Below are positions 62,201 to 64,000 of a stretch of 64,000 bases of DNA, one piece after another (position 1 is the first letter of the stretch; every line of letters starts with the position of its first letter). The stretch spans positions 4,216,001 to 4,280,000 of the forward strand of contig OU015567.1 of NCBI GenBank assembly GCA_907165135.1, given 5' to 3'. Origin of the DNA: Oikopleura dioica (taxonomy: Eukaryota; Animalia; Chordata). Under the pieces are notes generated by a model, which was not told the DNA's origin, did not search any database, and saw nothing but the letters and a program-made list of their open reading frames with translations. The position numbers were made by a program, and so were the translations under genes.

Positions 62201-63949
62201 TGTGGGATGAAAAATTTCTAAGGAAATCCGAAAAAATGAGGAATAAATTAAAGATGAAAGTGAATTTGCAGCGGATTTATGCAAAGAGTGAATGTTTTTA
62301 AACAATTAATTCAAAGCCCGCGGAATTTGTCATTTGTGATGTCGCGAGCTCGATTTTGTTCAAACAAAGACGTCGAAAAGCTCAACACCTGGAAAATCCA
62401 ATTCCAGATCCTTATTTTTATAATCAATCTTTGTCAAAAAACATCCTGCAAAATAAAACATATATGCATAAAAATTCATCAAACAAAAAGTAATTTTTTT
62501 ATAAATGAAAAAATAATTTGTTATTTTATTAGAAATTAATCAGAATAACAATAAATAGGGGAAGTACTGATTTTCTTTTTCAATCTTTGAGTCCAAATTG
62601 AAGCTGGAGCTGACGAATTCTTCGAGCTCGGATGCCACCATCGGAGACTAAAAAATCATAATTGAGGTTGAGTTCGGCTGACAATCTAACCAGAAATGAT
62701 AGTGCGCTCTCGAACAGCAAGCCCAAGACTCAATTTCGGCGCATCGAGAGAGCAGTACGTATACGGCTGGCGAATTTCGTCCGAGTTTCCACAAGAGCAC
62801 TGGAATCCTCCGAGTGGAAGACGGATCACTTTCTACAGAAACTTCTATAGAGATCTTATTGTACTAAAAGTTGCTTACGAAATTATGCTCGTCATGCTTT
62901 GAATGCATAAAACAAGCGGGGCAGATGTACATGTTGCCGTTTATGTCACAGTCCCGGCAGAACATGACCATGTCACCACTGTTCAAAATAACATTGCAGC
63001 CTAAACTCAGTTATTCATCCTCAGCATTCAACTTTTTAAGGATAGTACCTCCCATTTTCAAGAATTTTCCAGAAATCTCTTGAAGCTCAAATGAGCTCGA
63101 ACTTTCCGACTAAGAAGAATATATAAACGCCCTTTTCCTACATTCAGGAAAAAAAGAACTTTCGAAAACACCTTGATATTTAATCACGTGTTCCAAAATG
63201 CGCAAAGGCATTCAAAAAGAAAGAATCATAAAATGATAACAAGACCCTTAAAATCGCTAAATTTGCAAGTTTCTCCAGTTTTGACGATCTTAAGGGTATA
63301 GACATCGATTTTTGTCGGATCTCCAATTTTTATTCTGACCACATTGCATCTTGCATCTTGTGCCCAAGCAGCTTGATGAGCGAGTACTTTTTCGAGCCCC
63401 AGAATTAAGCCTTTCCGTGTGGTGAAAATATTAACCTAGGCAAAAATAATTACCGCACGAAAGTCTCACGATACCGCGGCTCAAGGTACGACCCAAAACC
63501 AAACGTTCATTTCGACGAAACAAAATGTGTTTTTCGAAGTTAAGCCTAATGCAATCTTCGTCCGATAAGGAAGATTTGCTTTGGAGTAGGGTCAACGCCC
63601 GAAAAAGTGAAATTTCAAGCAAAAAATTTGTTTTCAAAAAGTGAGACTTTGACTCATTATCTCCTTTTTTCTGATTATTTCTTCAGCCAACTCGGAGTAC
63701 GTAAGTCGCTGGCTCGCGTAACTAACCCTTTCAATCGTAAAAACTAACACTGTCGTCAGGCGCCCTGTTCTAAAATCAATTTCGCACGGCTCCATTTGAC
63801 CAGATCATCGCGATTCTCGAAAAAGGATTTGCAAAGGAGCAAAGTTATCACAAAAACCAGATTCCAAGGAAAATCATTTAATCTTGATCAGCTTTACAGC
63901 GAATTTTTGAACTCTTCAATTCAGTATTATCAATCAAAAATGTCATGAG

Positions 63950-64000
63950 AACGGGTCGAAAACCTGTGAAGAAAACCTGAGTCAGGGTCCCAGAAAACTG
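63950..64000. mobile_element. MITE family A, left end, cut by the window edge
   Basis: ACGGGTCGAAAACCTGTGAAGAAAACCTGAGTCAGGGTC. Confidence 0.75.

Noticed and set aside
63715-63800. CTAACCCT resembling a telomerase RNA template
   Set aside because: Only 8 nt, it follows a GTAAGT donor, and I saw no pseudoknot or H/ACA features.

Overview
Compact, AT-rich eukaryotic DNA with many 30-90 nt introns, several with GA-AG or GG-AG ends. Together with a connexin gene, TTAGGG repeats and dense small inverted-repeat elements, this points to an appendicularian tunicate, most likely Oikopleura (inference). Recognisable genes are: two tandem multicopper oxidases (laccase type), a GlyT2/ATB0,+-like SLC6 transporter plus a decayed copy of its 3' end, aldose 1-epimerase with a likely signal peptide, an astacin protease, kelch-like family members, IPPK, a connexin, a C2CD2/TMEM24-like protein, lysyl oxidase with a tRNA-Lys(UUU) gene in one intron, a C-type lectin, a CUB protein and a Cys-type SelM/Sep15-like protein. 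About ten separate non-autonomous TIR insertions or fragments occur (TA, TTAA, 8-bp and 9-bp TSDs); I recognised no transposase. The most interesting signal is one MITE family (termini CTGGGCTCGG...CCGAGCCCAG, about 8-bp TSD, 6 copies or fragments). Its three complete copies all lie in or at putative coding exons, in positions where splicing could neutralise them. In two of them a GA or GG donor from the TSD plus the AG ending the TIR would leave an in-frame +6 nt scar, as an introner would. Terminus-like motifs also bound some short non-canonical introns in the window. All exon models were built by hand and none is confirmed by transcript data.
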